Shown here: positions 25,601-37,299 of the stretch, in pieces
Numbering within the stretch: the first letter of the stretch is position 1
Layout: every line of letters begins with the position of its first letter
DNA from: Convolutriloba macropyga
Lineage: Eukaryota
Length of the DNA: 64,000 nt
Direction of reading: 5' to 3'
NCBI RefSeq assembly: GCF_964194025.1
Contig: NC_134468.1
Location: forward strand, 24,738,001 to 24,802,000
Position numbers and translations under genes: made by a program
Notes under the pieces: model-generated
Told to the model about the DNA's origin: nothing
Seen by the model: only the letters and a program-made list of their open reading frames with translations
The model's database searches: none

Positions 25601-28600
25601 GACTTTTTCTTTACTCTCTTGGAAAACTCTCTAACGAGTTTGTATAAAATCCAAAATTGCTATTTATTTCTACACAAACCTAAAAGGAACATTATCTTGG
25701 CAACAAAATGGGCTATCATAGACTTTCTAAATTGTCTTCTTCAAAAAGTTTTTAACAAACGTTCTTCATGAAGTTCGACTTTTTCTTCACTCTCTTTGAA
25801 AATTCTCTAATAAATTTGTGTAAAATCCAACAATTGGCACTAATCTCTACACAAACCTAAAAGGTACTTTATCACGGCAACAAAAAGGGCTATCATAGAT
25901 TTTCTAATTCATTTTCTTCAAAAATTTATTAACAAACTTTTTTCATAAAGTTCGACTTTTTCTTCAGTCTCTTGGAAAATTCTCTAAAAAATTTGTATAA
26001 AATTCAAAATTGGTATTTATTTCTACACAAACCTAAAAGGTACATTATCTCGGCAACAAAATGGGCTATTATAGACTTTCTATCTCGTCTTTCGTCTTCT
26101 TCAAAAAGTTATTAACAAACGTTCTTCATGAAGTTCGACTTTTCTTCACCCTCATGGAAAATTCTCTAAAAAATTTGTACAAAATTCAGCAATTGGCATT
26201 TATTTCTACACAAACCTAAAAAGTACTTTATCACGGTAAGAAAAAGGGCTATCATAGATTTTCTAACGCGTTTTTTTCAAAAAGTTATTAACAACCGTTT
26301 TTCATGAAGTTCGACTTTTTCTTTACTCTCTTGGAAAATTCTCTAAAAAGTTTGTATAAAATCCAAAATTGCTATTTATTTCTACACAAACCTAAAAGGA
26401 ACATTATCTCGGCAACAAAATGGGCTATCATAGACTTTCTAACTTGTCTTCTTCAAAAAGTTTTTAACAAACATTCTTCATGAAGTTCGACTTTTTGTTC
26501 ACTCTCTTTGAAAATTCTCTAAAAAATTTGTATAAAATCCAGCAATTGGCATTTATTTCTACACAAATTTAAAAGGTACTTTATCACGGCAACAAAAAGA
26601 GCTAACATAGATTTTCTAACGCGTCTTTTTCAAAAAGTTTTTGACAAACGTTCTTCATGAAGTTCGACTTTTTCTTCACTCTCTTGGAAAATTCTCTAAA
26701 AAATTTGTACAAAATTCAGCAATTGGCATTTATTTCTACACAAACCTAAAAAGTACTTTATCACGGTAAGAAAAAGGGCTATCATAGATTTTCTAACGCG
26801 TTTTTTTCAAAAAGTTATTAACAACCGTTTTTCATGAAGTTCGACTTTTTCTTTACTCTCTTGGAAAATTCTCTAAAAAGTTTGTATAAAATCCAAAATT
26901 GCTATTTATTTCTACACAAACCTAAAAGGAACATTATCTCGGCAACAAAATGGGCTATCATAGACTTTCTAACTTGTCTTTTTCAAAAAATTTTTGACAA
27001 ACGTTCTTCATGAAGATCGACTTTTTCTTCACTCTCTTTGAAAGTTCTCTAATAAATTTGTGTAAAATCCAAAATTGGTATTTATTTCTACACAAACCTA
27101 AAAGGTACATTATCACGGTAAGAAAAAGGGCTATCATAGATTTTCTAACGCGTTTTTTTCAAAAAGTTTTTGACAAACGTTCTTCATGAAGTTCGACTTT
27201 TTCTTCACTCTCTTTGAAAATTCTCTAATAAATTTGTGTAAAATCCAACAATTGGCACTAATCTCTACACAAACCTAAAAGGTACTTTATCACGGCAACA
27301 AAAGGGGCTATCATAGATTTTCTAACTCGTCTTCTTCAAAAAGTTATTATTAAACGTTTTTCATGAAGTTCGACTTTTTCTTCACTCTCTTGGAAAATTC
27401 TCTAAAAAATTTGTATAAAATCCAAAATTGGTATTTATTTCTACACAAACCTAAAAGGTACATTATCTCGGCAACAAAATGGGCTATTATAGACTTTCTA
27501 TCTCGTCTTTCGTCTTCTTCAAAAAGTTATTAACAAACGTTCTTCATGAAGTTCGGCTTTTCTTCAACCTCTTGGAAAATTCTCTAAAAAATTTGTACAA
27601 AATCCAGCAATTGGCATTTAATTCTACACAAATAAAAAAGGTACATTATCACGTCAACAAAATGGGCTATCATAGACATTCTAACTTGTCTTCTTCAAAA
27701 AGTTTTTAACAAACGTTATTCATGAAGTTCGACTTTTCTTCACTCTCTTTGAAAATGCTCTAAAAAATTTGTATAAAATCCAGCCATTGGTATTTATTTC
27801 TACACAAATTTAAAAGGTACATTATCACGGCAACAAAATGGGCTATCATAGACTTTCTAACTTGTCTGCTTCAAAAAGTTTTTAACAAACGTTCTTCATG
27901 AAGATCGACTTTTTCTTCACACTCTTTGAAAATTCTCTAAAAAAATTGTATAAGATCCAGCAATTGGCATTTATTTCTACACAAACCTAAAAGGTGTTTT
28001 ATCACGGCAACAAAAAGGGCTATCATAGATTTTCTAACGCATCTTTTTCAAAAAGTTTTTGGCAAACGTTCTTCATGAAATTCGACTTTTTCTTCACTCT
28101 CTTTGAAAATTCTCTAAAAAATTTGTGTAAAATCCAACAATTGGTATTTATTTCTACACAAACCTAAAAGGAACATTATCTCGGCAACAAAATGGGCTAT
28201 TATAGACTTTCTATCTCGTCTTTCGTCTTCTTCAAAAAGTTATTAACAAACGTTCTTCATGAAGTTCGGCTTTTCTTCAACCTCTTGGAAAATTCTCTAA
28301 AAAATTTGTACAAAATCCAGCAACTGGCATTTAATTCTACACAAATAAAAAAGGTACATTATCACGTCAACAAAATGGGCTATCATAGACATTCTAACTT
28401 GTCTTCTTCAAAAAATTATTAACAAACGTTCTTCATGAAGATCGACTTTTTCTTCACTCTCTTGGAAAATTCTCTAAAAAATTTGTATAAAAACCAAAAT
28501 TGGTATTTATTTCTACACAAACCTAAAAGGTACATTATCTCGGCAACAAAATGGGCTATCATAGACTTTCTAACTTGTCTTCTTCAAAAAAGTTTTTAAC

Positions 28601-31600
28601 AAACGTTCTTCATGAAGTTCGACTATTTCTTCACTCTCTTGGAAAATTCTCTAAAAAATTTGTGTAAAATCCAACAATTGGTATTTATTTCTACACAAAC
28701 CTAAAAGGAACATTATCTCGGCAACAAAATGGGCTATTATAGACTTTCTATCTCGTCTTTCGTCTTCTTCAAAAAGTTATTAACAAACGTTCTTCATGAA
28801 GTTCGGCTTTTCTTCAACCTCTTGGAAAATTCTCTAAAAAATTTGTACAAAATCCAGCAATTGGCATTTAATTCTACACAAATAAAAAAGGTACATTATC
28901 ACGGCAACAAGATGGGCTATCATAGACATTCTAACTTGTCTTCTTCAAAAAGTTTTTAACAAACGTTATTCACGAAGTTCGACTTTTCATCACTCTCTTT
29001 GAAAATGCTCTAAAAAATTTGTATAAAATCCAGCCATTGGTATTTATTTCTACACAAATTTAAAAGGTACATTATCACGGCAACAAAATGGGCTATCATA
29101 GACTTTCTAACTTGTCTGCTTCAAAAAGTTTTTAACAAACGTTCTTCATGAAGATCGACTTTTTCTTCACACTCTTTGAAAATTCCCAAAAAAAAAATTG
29201 TATAAAATCCAGCAATTGGCATTTATTTCTACACAAACCTAAAAGGTGTTTTATCACGGCAACAAAAAGGGCTATCATAGATTTTCTAACGCGTCTTTTT
29301 CAAAAAGTTTTTGGCAAACGTTCTTCATGAAATTCAACTTTTTCTTCACTCTCTTTGAAAATTCTCTAAAAAATTTGTGTAAAATCCAACAATTGGTATT
29401 TATTTCTACACAAACCTAAAAGGAACATTATCTCGGCAACAAAATGGGCTATCATAGACTTTCTAACTTGTCTTCTTCGAAAAATTTTTAACAAACGTTC
29501 TTCATGAAGTTCGACTTTTTCTTCACTCTCTTTGAAAATTCTCTAAAAAACTTGTATAAAATCCAGCAATTGGCATTTATTTCTACACAAATTTAAAAGG
29601 TACTTTATCACGGCAACAAAAGGGGCTATCATAGATTTTCTAACTCGTCTTCTTCAAAAAGTTATTAACAAACGTTTTTCATGAAGTTCGACTTTTTCTT
29701 CACTCTCTTGGAAAATTCTCTAAAAAATTTGTATAAAATCCAAAAATGGTATTTCTTTCTACACAAACCTAAAAGTTACATTATCTCGGCAACAAAATGG
29801 GCTATTATAGACTTTCTATCTCGTCTTTCGTCTTCTTCAAAAAGTTATTAACAAACGTTCTTCATGAAGTTCGACTTTTCTTCAACCTCTTGGAAAATTC
29901 TCTAAAAAATTTGTACAAAATCCAGCAATTGGCATTTAATTCTACACAAATAAAAAAGGTACATTATCACGGCAACAAAATGGGCTATCATAGACATTCT
30001 AACTTGTCTTCTTCAAAAAGTTTTTAACAAACGTTATTCATGAAGTTCGACTTTTCTTCACTCTCTTTGAAAATGCTCTAAAAAATTTGTTTAAAATCCA
30101 GCAATTGGTATTTAATTCTACACAAATTTAAAAGGTACATTATCACGGCAACAAAATGGGCTATCATAGACTTTCTAACTTGTCTGCTTCAAAAAGTTTT
30201 TAACAAACGTTCTTCATGAAGATCGACTTTTTCTTCACACTCTTTGAAAATTCTCTAAAAAAATTGTATAAAATCCAGCAATTGGCATTTATTTCTACAC
30301 AAACCTAAAAGGTGTTTTATCACGGCAACCTAAAAGGGCTATCATAGATTTTCTAACGCGTCTTTTTCAAAAAGTTTTTGGCAAACGTTCTTCATGAAAT
30401 TCGACTTTTTCTTCACTCTCTTTGAAAATTCTCTAAAAAATTTGTGTAAAATCAAACAATTGGTATTTATTTCTACACAAACCTAAAAGGAACATTATCT
30501 CGGCAACAAAATGGGCTATCATAGACTTTCTAACTTGTCTTCTTCAAAAAGTTTTTAACAAACGTTCTTCATGAAGTTCGACTTTTTCTTCACTCTCTTT
30601 GAAAGTTCTCTAAAAAATTTGTAGAAAATCCAGCAATTGGCATTTATTTCTACACAAATTTAAAAGGTACTTTATCACGGCAACAAAAAGGGCTATCATA
30701 GATTTTCTAACGCGTCTTTTTCAAAAAGTTTTTGGCAAACGTTCTTCATGAAATTCGACTTTTTCTTCACTCTCTTTGAAAATTCTCTAAAAAATTTGTG
30801 TAAAATCCAACAATTGGCATTAATTTCTACACAAACCTAAAAGTTACTTTATCACGGCAACAAAAAGGGCTATCATAGATTTTCTAATTCATTTTCTTCA
30901 AAAATTTATTAACAAACTTTTTTCATAAAGTTCGACTTTTTCTTCAGTCTCTTGGAAAATTCTCTAAAAAATTTGTATAAAATTCAAAATTGGTATTTAT
31001 TTCTACACAAACCTAAAAGATACATTATCTCGGCAACAAAATGGGCTATCATAGACTTTCTAACTCGTCTTCTTCAAAAAGTTATCAACAAACATTCTTC
31101 ATGAAGTTCGACTTTTTCTTCACACTCTTGGAAAATTCTAAAAAATTTGTATAAAATCCAGCAATTGGCATTTTTTTTCTACACAAACCTAAAAGGTAAT
31201 TTATCACGGCAACAAAAAGGGCTATCATAGATTTTCTAACTCGTCTTCTTCAAAAAATTATTAACAAACTTTTTTCATAAAGTTCGACTTTTTCTTCACT
31301 CTCTTGGAAAATTCTCTAAAAAATTTGTATAAAATCCAAAATTGGTATTTATTTCTTCACAAACCTAAAAGGTACATTATCTCGGCAACAAAATGGGCTA
31401 TCATAGACTTTCTAACTCGTCTTCTTCAAAAAGTTATTAACAAACGTTCTTCATGAAGTTCGACTTTTTCTTCACACTCTTGGAAAATTCTCTAAAAAAT
31501 TTGTATAAAATCCAGCAATTGGCATTTTTTTCTACACAAACCTAAAAGATACTTTATCACGGCAACAAAAAGGGCTAACTTAGACTTTCTAACTCGTCTT

Positions 31601-34600
31601 CTTCAAAAAGTTATTAACAAATGTTCTTCATGAAGTTCGACTTTTTCTTCACACTCTTGGAAAATTCTCTAAAAAATTTGTAAAAAATCCAGCAATTGGC
31701 ATTTCTTTCCACAAAAACCTAAAAGGTACTTTATCACGGCAACAAAAAGGGCTATCATAGACTTTCTAACTCGTCTTCTTCAAAAAGTTATTAACAAATG
31801 TTCTTCATGAAGTTCGACTTTTTCTTCACACTCTTTTTCTACACAAACCTAAAAGGTACTTTATCACGGCAACAAAAAGGGCTATCATAGATTTTCTAAC
31901 GCGTCTTTTTCAAAAAGTTTTTGGCAAACGTTCTTCATGAAAATCGACTTTTTCTTCACTCTCTTTGACAATTCTCTAATAAATTTGTGTAAAATCCAAC
32001 AATTGGCACTAATCTCTACACAAACCTAAAAGGTACTTCATCACGGCAACAAAAAGGGCTATCATAGATTTTCTCACTCGTCTTCTGCAAAAAATTTTTA
32101 ACAAACTTTTTTCATAAAGTTCGACTTTTTCTTCACTCTCTTGGAAAACTCTCTAAAAAATTTGTATAAAATCCAAAATTGGTATTTATTTCTACACAAA
32201 CCTAAAAGGTACATTATCTCGGCAACAAAATCGGCTATCATAGACTTTCTAACTTGTCTTCTTCAAAAAAGTTTTTAACAAACGTTCTTCATGAAGTTCG
32301 TCTTTTTCTTCACTCTCTTTGAAAATTCTCTAAAAATTTGTGTAAAATCCAACAATTGGCATTAATATCTACGCAAATTTCAAGTCATATTACCACGGCA
32401 ACAAAAAGTGCTACCATAGATTTTCTAACTCGTCTTCTTCAAAAAGTTGTTAACAAACGTTTTTCATGAAGATCGAGTTTTCCTCCACGCTCTTGGAAAA
32501 TTCTCTAAAAATTTGTGTAAAATCCAACAATTGGCATTTCTTTCCACAAAAACCTAAAAGGTACTTTATCACGGCAACAAAAAGGGCTATCATAGACTTT
32601 CTAACTCGTCTTCTTCAAAAAGTTATTAACAAATGTTCTTCATGAAGTTCGACTTTTTCTTCACACTCTTTTTCTACACAAACCTAAAAGGTACTTTATC
32701 ACGGCAACAAAAAGGGCTATCATAGATTTTCTAACGCGTCTTTTTCAAAAAGTTTTTGGCAAACGTTCTTCATGAAAATCGACTTTTTCTTCACTCTCTT
32801 TGAAAATTCTCTAATAAATTTGTGTAAAATCCAACAATTGGCACTAATCTCTACACAAACCTAAAAGGTACTTCATCACGGCAACAAAAAGGGCTATCAT
32901 AGATTTTCTAACTCGTCTTCTGCAAAAAATTTTTAACAAACTTTTTTCATAAAGTTCGACTTTTTCTTCACTCTCTTGGAAAACTCTCTAAAAAATTTGT
33001 ATAAAATCCAAAATTGGTATTTATTTCTACACAAACCTAAAAGGTACATTATCTCGGCAACAAAATCGGCTATCATAGACTTTCTAACTTGTCTTCTTCA
33101 AAAAAGTTTTTAACAAACGTTCTTCATGAAGTTCGTCTTTTTCTTCACTCTCTTTGAAAATTCTCTAAAAATTTGTGTAAAATCCAACAATTGGCATTAA
33201 TTTCTACGCAAATTTCAAGTCATATTACCACGGCAACAAAAAGGGCTAACTTAGACTTTCTAACTCGTCTTCTTCAAAAAGTTATTAACAAATGTTCTTC
33301 ATGAAGTTCGACTTTTTCTTCACACTCTTGGAAAATTCTCTAAAAAATTTGTAAAAAATCCAGCAATTGGCATTTCTTTCCACAAAAACCTAAAAGGTAC
33401 TTTATCACGGCAACAAAAAGGGCTATCATAGACTTTCTAACTCGTCTTCTTCAAAAAGTTATTAACAAATGTTCTTCATGAAGTTCGACTTTTCCTTCAC
33501 ACTCTTTTTCTACACAAACCTAAAAGGTACTTTATCACGGCAACAAAAAGGGCTATCATAGATTTTCTAACGCGTCTTTTTCAAAAAGTTTTTGGCAAAC
33601 GTTCTTCATGAAAATCGACTTTTTCTTCACTCTCTTTGAAAATTCTCTAATAAATTTGTGTAAAATCCAACAATTGGCACTAATCTCTACACAAACCTAA
33701 AAGGTACTTCATCACGGCAACAAAAAGGGCTATCATAGATTTTCTAACTCGTCTTCTGCAAAAAATTTTTAACAAACTTTTTTCATAAAGTTCGACTTTT
33801 TCTTCACTCTCTTGGAAAACTCTCTAAAAAATTTGTATAAAATCCAAAATTGGTATTTATTTCTACACAAACCTAAAAGGTACATTATCTCGGCAACAAA
33901 ATCGGCTATCATAGACTTTCTAACTTGTCTTCTTCAAAAAAGTTTTTAACAAACGTTCTTCATGAAGTTCGTCTTTTTCTTCACTCTCTTTGAAAATTCT
34001 CTAAAAATTTGTGTAAAATCCAACAATTGGCATTAATTTCTACGCAAATTTCAAGTCATATTACCACGGCAACAAAAAGTGCTACCATAGATTTTCTAAC
34101 TCGTCTTCTTCAAAAAGTTGTTAACAAACGTTTTTCATGAAGATCGACTTTTCCTCCACGCTCTTGGAAAATTCTCTAAAAATTTGTGTAAAATCCAACA
34201 ATTGGCATTAATTTCTACACAAATTTCAAGTCATATTACCACGGCAACAAAATGGGCTATCATCAACTTTCTAACTCGTCTTCTTCAAAAAATTATTAAC
34301 AAACGTTCTTCATGAAGATCGACTTTTTCTTCACTCTCTTGGAAAATTCTCTAAAAAATTTGTATAAAAACCAAAATTGGTATTTATTTCTACACAAACC
34401 TAAAAGGTACATTATCTCGGCAACAAAATGGGCTATCATAGACTTTCTAACTTGTCTTCTTCAAAAAAGTTTTTAACAAACGTTCTTCATGAAGTTCGTC
34501 TTTTTCTTCACTCTCTTTGAAAATTCTCTAAAAAATTTGTGTAAAACCCAATAGTTGGCATTAATTTCTACACAAATTTAAAAGGTACATTATCACGGCA

Positions 34601-34900
34601 ACAAAATGGGCTATCATAGACTTTCTAACATGTCTTCTTCAAAAAGTTTTTAACAAACGTTTTTGATGAAGTTCGACTTTTTCTTCACTCTTTTTGAAAG
34701 TTCTCTGAAAATTTTTTATAAAATCCAACAATTGGCATTTATTTCTACACAAACTTGAAAGGTGCATTATCATGGCAACAAAATGGTCTATAACAGACTT
34801 TCTAACTTGCCGTCTTCAAAAAGTTATTACTAAACGTTTTTCATGAAGTTCGACTCTTTCTTCACTCTCTTGTAAAATTATATCTAAAAAATCTGTAAAA
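10660..34900. repeat. Satellite DNA array, ~177-bp monomer, roughly 135-140 copies (~24 kb)
   Basis: ATTAACAAACG recurs at 12301, 12478, 12655 and 12832 (177-bp period). Consensus is approx TTCTTCAAAAAGTTATTAACAAACGTTCTTCATGAAGTTCGACTTTTTCTTCACTCTCTTGGAAAATTCTCTAAAAAATTTGTATAAAATCCAGCAATTGGCATTTATTTCTACACAAACCTAAAAGGTACTTTATCACGGCAACAAAATGGGCTATCATAGACTTTCTAACTCGTC. Monomers are degenerate at both edges. Confidence 0.99.
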
Positions 34901-35278
34901 TATCTTTGACTGAAATGCTTATGAGCGCTTCATAAGCTGATAGCTATCCATAAGGTGGTCATTGATCAATAGCATGTTCAACATACATTATAGTGTTATT
35001 TCTTTTTTAATATTTTAAAGGTTGCTAATTAATCAGCGCTATTCTTGCATTTTTTCAATACAACTATTCCTTTGATAAAACGTTGTAAGGATAGCGGTGA
35101 ATTCAACGGTAGTTTTTTGTATAATTCAACTTTTGCGGTAATTTTTACACGTAAGCGCGTGGAAAAACTTCACCTGTTAATATTTTTCATCGCAATGAGC
35201 GCAAGTCTAATGTTTTTATTCGAATTCATCGCAAATCTTTTATTTTATAGCTAACTTTGCAGTAAAATCTCAACCAAC

Positions 35279-35346
35279 GTGTGTGTGTGTAAGTTTGTGT
35301 GTCCGTTTGTGGGGTAACCGGTTTGTCTGTGTCTGTCTGTGTGTCT
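35279..35346. repeat. Imperfect (GT)/(GTCT) microsatellite tract of the type found in DINE/HINE elements
   Basis: GTGTGTGTGTGT...GTCTGTGTCTGTCTGTGTGTCT. Confidence 0.6.
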
Positions 35347-35348
35347 TT

Positions 35349-35530
35349 GGGTCTGGACCATGGTCTGGAGATGGTCTGATCAGAACTCCTTCGGTCAGGA
35401 GAGTCTGATCAGAACACATTGAGTCTGGAAAGTCTGATCAGAGATAATTTCGGTCTGGAAAGTCTGATCAGAGATAATTTTGGTCTGGAAAGTCTGATCA
35501 GAAGCAAATTTGGGTCTGGACCTCAACCTG
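35349..35530. mobile_element. MITE-like terminal fragment: ~30-bp units carrying the palindrome TCTGATCAGA (5 copies), ending GGTCTGGACCTCAACCTG
   Basis: GTCTGATCAGA at ~35374, 35403, 35432, 35462 and 35492. The terminus resembles GGTCTGGGACCTCATCCTG at 63131-63149. Confidence 0.55.
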
Positions 35531-35885
35531 GGCAGTAATTTCTGTAACCAAATGATAAGCGAAGTTTCACTGCAAAAATAAATATCTTTAAGCCCAAGCG
35601 AATTAATCTCAAAATCACATCACAAACTGCAAATTTGATAATCGGTATCGTGACAGTGCCAATAACAATTATATGGTTTTTGTCTATTAAGCCAGTATAA
35701 GATAAGCCCAGATTCGCACTGGTTAAACGATATATCGTTAATAATAACCAAGACACTTTGAACATGATCAGCTAACAGCTAGACTCTGACTAAAGTTCCA
35801 TCCCCTTTCTTTAAAGCATCAGCAGCTATCAACTGATTTTTGTTGCACCCACATTTCCTAATTTTTTTCTAGAAACTTCTGCTCA

Positions 35886-36039
35886 NNNNNNNNNNNNNNN
35901 NNNNNNNNNNNNNNNNNNNNNNNNNNNNNNNNNNNNNNNNNNNNNNNNNNNNNNNNNNNNNNNNNNNNNNNNNNNNNNNNNNNNNNNNNNNNNNNNNNNN
36001 NNNNNNNNNNNNNNNNNNNNNNNNNNNNNNNNNNNNNNN
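35886..36039. other. Assembly gap (N run)
   Basis: N bases. Confidence 1.
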
Positions 36040-36480
36040 AGCAATTTGGATTTCAAGACCAAAAATGGGCGACCGATGCAGCGTTGTTTTCATGGAAACC
36101 TTAAAAAACTTGGAAATTGGAAAAGAACACAACAACAAATTGACGACCTTGCGCCAACACTCAATTCAATTTTGAACATAATATTCCATGGAGTGTGTTT
36201 AGTTTTTTTCTGCGCCTTCATTTTATTGCTTACCATCTTTTCGCTGTTAGGATAGGCTGCAATATATCAGAGAAAATTCTCATTAGTCACAATCTTAGGA
36301 CTTTAATTTTATGTTATAGACTGTCCAGAAATAATTGATGGTGCCTATGAGTTTGTACAAATTGTAGACGATACAGTATACTATTTCAATATGATCAGTG
36401 GGAGAAATTTGCAAAATTGAGGTATTTTAACAGAGACAGACAGTTACATGAAAAAAATCAACTGACTTTGAATGCTAATA
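36040..36480 (+). pseudogene. Highly degraded non-LTR (LINE, CR1/L2-like) reverse transcriptase fragment
   Basis: Frameshifted remnants of RT motifs appear in the expected order: QFGFQDQKWATDAALF (cf. QFGFR..STTDA), IDDLAPTLNSI (cf. DL.KAFDSI) and FVQIVDDTV (cf. YADDT). Confidence 0.55.
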
Positions 36481-37299
36481 AAAGAGAGTTCCTTTTTGTC
36501 ATGAGTCATGAATTAAAACTGCACGTTATTCTAAAGGGAAAGTTTAAAAACTTGCACTGCACGGGGCTGTGGTTACTGAGGAATACACCTTGACAAAAAT
36601 GTCATCTGAAATACATCTAAATGTACTTTTACGGAAAATGGCGGCTGCCCCCTGTTCACTATGTCTGGTAAAAAAAAATCATTAACCATGGATTTTAGGG
36701 TGCTTGTTTCCAAATCTTTAGTTCTCTCTCATCTGCCATTCTCTGAAATTTTTTGCAAATTTTACGGAAAAGTAAAGTTTAACGTATAAATCGATATATT
36801 AACTGGGGCACAAAAACGTGTTATATGCGTCGTAAGTATATCATTGCCGTGCAGTTTTTCTCAGATCACATGTCCTACCAGCTGAATCTGTCGATGTTTA
36901 GACTGATGAAACCCCGAACCGAAGTGAGTCAGTGGGGGTACATCAGAAATATTTAAGAAATTCTGCAAACCGGCTACAATTACAGCAGAACAATTGAACA
37001 AATATCTTATAGTAACAACGCAACGACATATATTGCATAATAAATTTTATTCTTGAGCACTCAAAAGTGGAATAGGTTACCCTTCAATTAAAGAGCGATT
37101 TTTTGGAAGAGAAATAATACTGTGTTGTTTTCTTTAGGCAGTAACATTCACAAGTCCTTTCACAGTAACACCTTTGTGCTAGCAAATATTACTATACTTC
37201 ATCTATAATATTTGCTCAACTTTATACGTCCACCCCAGAATTCATTGCGATGATGTCGAAAACTGACTTAGCCTTGAGCATTAGAAATTGTTTAAACGT

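Noticed and set aside
27479-30027. Repeated 76-aa ORFs MGYYRLSISSFVFFKK... and other ORFs inside the satellite
   Set aside because: They are by-products of a small duplication variant that opens a frame across monomers; no protein-like features.
10660-34900. CENP-B box in the satellite monomer
   Set aside because: TTCG is present but the downstream A..CGGG positions of the box are not.
36902-36950. CTGATGA followed by a stem, resembling a hammerhead ribozyme core
   Set aside because: There is no GAAA directly after stem II. CTGATG pairs with CATCAG to form a simple hairpin, more like a HINE-type subTIR/IR end.
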